A stretch of DNA of 64,000 bases, from NCBI GenBank assembly GCA_036265205.1, contig DATAPL010000054.1, forward strand, positions 1,223-65,222. Reading direction: 5' to 3'. This DNA is from Terriglobales bacterium (GTDB lineage Bacteria; Acidobacteriota; Terriglobia; Terriglobales; Acidobacteriaceae). Below, piece after piece: positions 63,471 through 64,000 of this stretch (the stretch's first letter is position 1; each line of letters opens with the position of its first letter). The notes under the pieces were generated by a model. It was given only the letters and a program-made list of their open reading frames with translations. It had not been told where the DNA came from and ran no database searches. The translations under genes were made by a program, and so were the position numbers.

Positions 63471-63920
63471 CTAGGCCGCGCGACGATCGCGCAATGCTTT
63501 GACCTTATCGTGAGCGGCGAGAATCGCTTGCGACTGTTGGCGCACAATCTCCACAGCGCTTGGCGAAAGCCTCGCCTGCAGTGCTTTCTGGTAGCTTTCC
63601 TTGGCGGCATCCTCTCCTTTTTCCACGGATTCCAGCAGGCTATGGTCGCCTCCTCCCAGGCCCTGTTTCACGTCGATCCAGCCCCGGTGCAGGGCGGCGG
63701 TGACGTGGCCGGATTCCTTCTTTGCAGTGGGCTCGCCGAGTTTCGTCAATTCGGCTTCAAGCTGGGTGGCAAAGCGGGCGCGCTCGCCGGACTGCTGGCG
63801 GAAAAACGACTTCAGGTCTGCCGCTTTGGCATGCTCGGCCGCGTCTTGGTATCCCTTCTCTCCGTCCCGGTTGGTGTTGATAAGTTCGGTTATGACATCC
63901 ACTGGGTTATTGCTGTCCAT
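63471..63920 (-). CDS. PA2169/DUF2383-family four-helix-bundle (ferritin-like) protein
   Basis: LINTNRDGEKGYQDAAEHAKAADLKSFF...RARFATQLEAEL...ALHRGWIDVK...ESVEKGEDAAKESYQKAL matches that family's repeated helical motif. Confidence 0.75.
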   Translation of the reverse strand: MDSNNPVDVITELINTNRDGEKGYQDAAEHAKAADLKSFFRQQSGERARFATQLEAELTKLGEPTAKKESGHVTAALHRGWIDVKQGLGGGDHSLLESVEKGEDAAKESYQKALQARLSPSAVEIVRQQSQAILAAHDKVKALRDRRAA

Positions 63921-64000
63921 GAGTTTCAGACTCCTTTTTTAGAATGCGATGTTTTGAATGCGATGAGAAATTTCCCGCCTTACGCGGAATGATTTTTCAC

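Noticed and set aside
1-64000. CRISPR arrays, rRNA or tRNA genes, transposases, integrases, prophage genes, toxin-antitoxin pairs
   Set aside because: I scanned the ORF translations and intergenic regions by eye and saw no spaced direct-repeat array, no recombinase or transposase motifs and no cloverleaf candidates.

Overview
GC-rich bacterial chromosomal segment. The style of the Ser/Thr kinase and of the Thr-rich IPT/Ig surface proteins suggests Acidobacteriota, but that is inference only. I found no rRNA, convincing tRNA, CRISPR array, transposase or integrase.

**Polysaccharide island (about 1,000-39,400).** This is a large, almost entirely minus-strand Wzx/Wzy-type polysaccharide (EPS or O-antigen-like) island.
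- It begins with a NusG-paralog antiterminator and an atypical sigma54-EBP-like regulator.
- These are followed by Wza, a Wzc tyrosine autokinase, a PglC-like priming transferase, a flippase, a Wzy_C-family polymerase/ligase and about six glycosyltransferases.
- Three separate nucleotide-sugar routes are present: a WbpB/E/D-like 2,3-diacetamido route, a PglF/E/D-like 4-amino-4,6-dideoxy route, and a CDP-hexose route with a C-methyltransferase.
- A plus-strand beta-helix gene and a strong bidirectional terminator near 16.5 kb split the island into two transcription blocks.

**Control region and accessory genes (39.4-54.8 kb).**
- An AT-richer divergent control region lies at 39.4-40.1 kb.
- It leads on the plus strand to an atypical LuxR-type regulator and a coupled cassette of QW-repeat toroid protein, AAC(3)-fold acyltransferase, FkbH-like loader and ACP.
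- Next come a polyprenyl-phosphate hexose synthase-like GT2 and three large secreted proteins.
- One of these is a copper-radical oxidase whose paralog sits inverted at the very start of the window, so the pair brackets the island.

**Ordinary genes (from about 54.9 kb).** rph, a cupin, a kinase, NhaP, a SpoIIE-like protein, a LacD-like aldolase and a four-helix-bundle protein.

**Most unusual observations.**
1. Two unrelated surface proteins share a C-terminal module in which the last Ig-like repeat is split by a two-helix hairpin containing an in-frame lipoprotein-type signal peptide.
2. All three regulators at the head of the locus have lost canonical activation residues.
3. A perfect 11-bp tandem duplication frameshifts the 3' end of one surface-protein gene.
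4. A carrier-protein-dependent acyl-modification cassette is present.

No Wzb-type phosphatase, exosortase or histidine kinase is visible in the window.

All functional calls come from by-eye motif recognition on the supplied translations. No database search was run.
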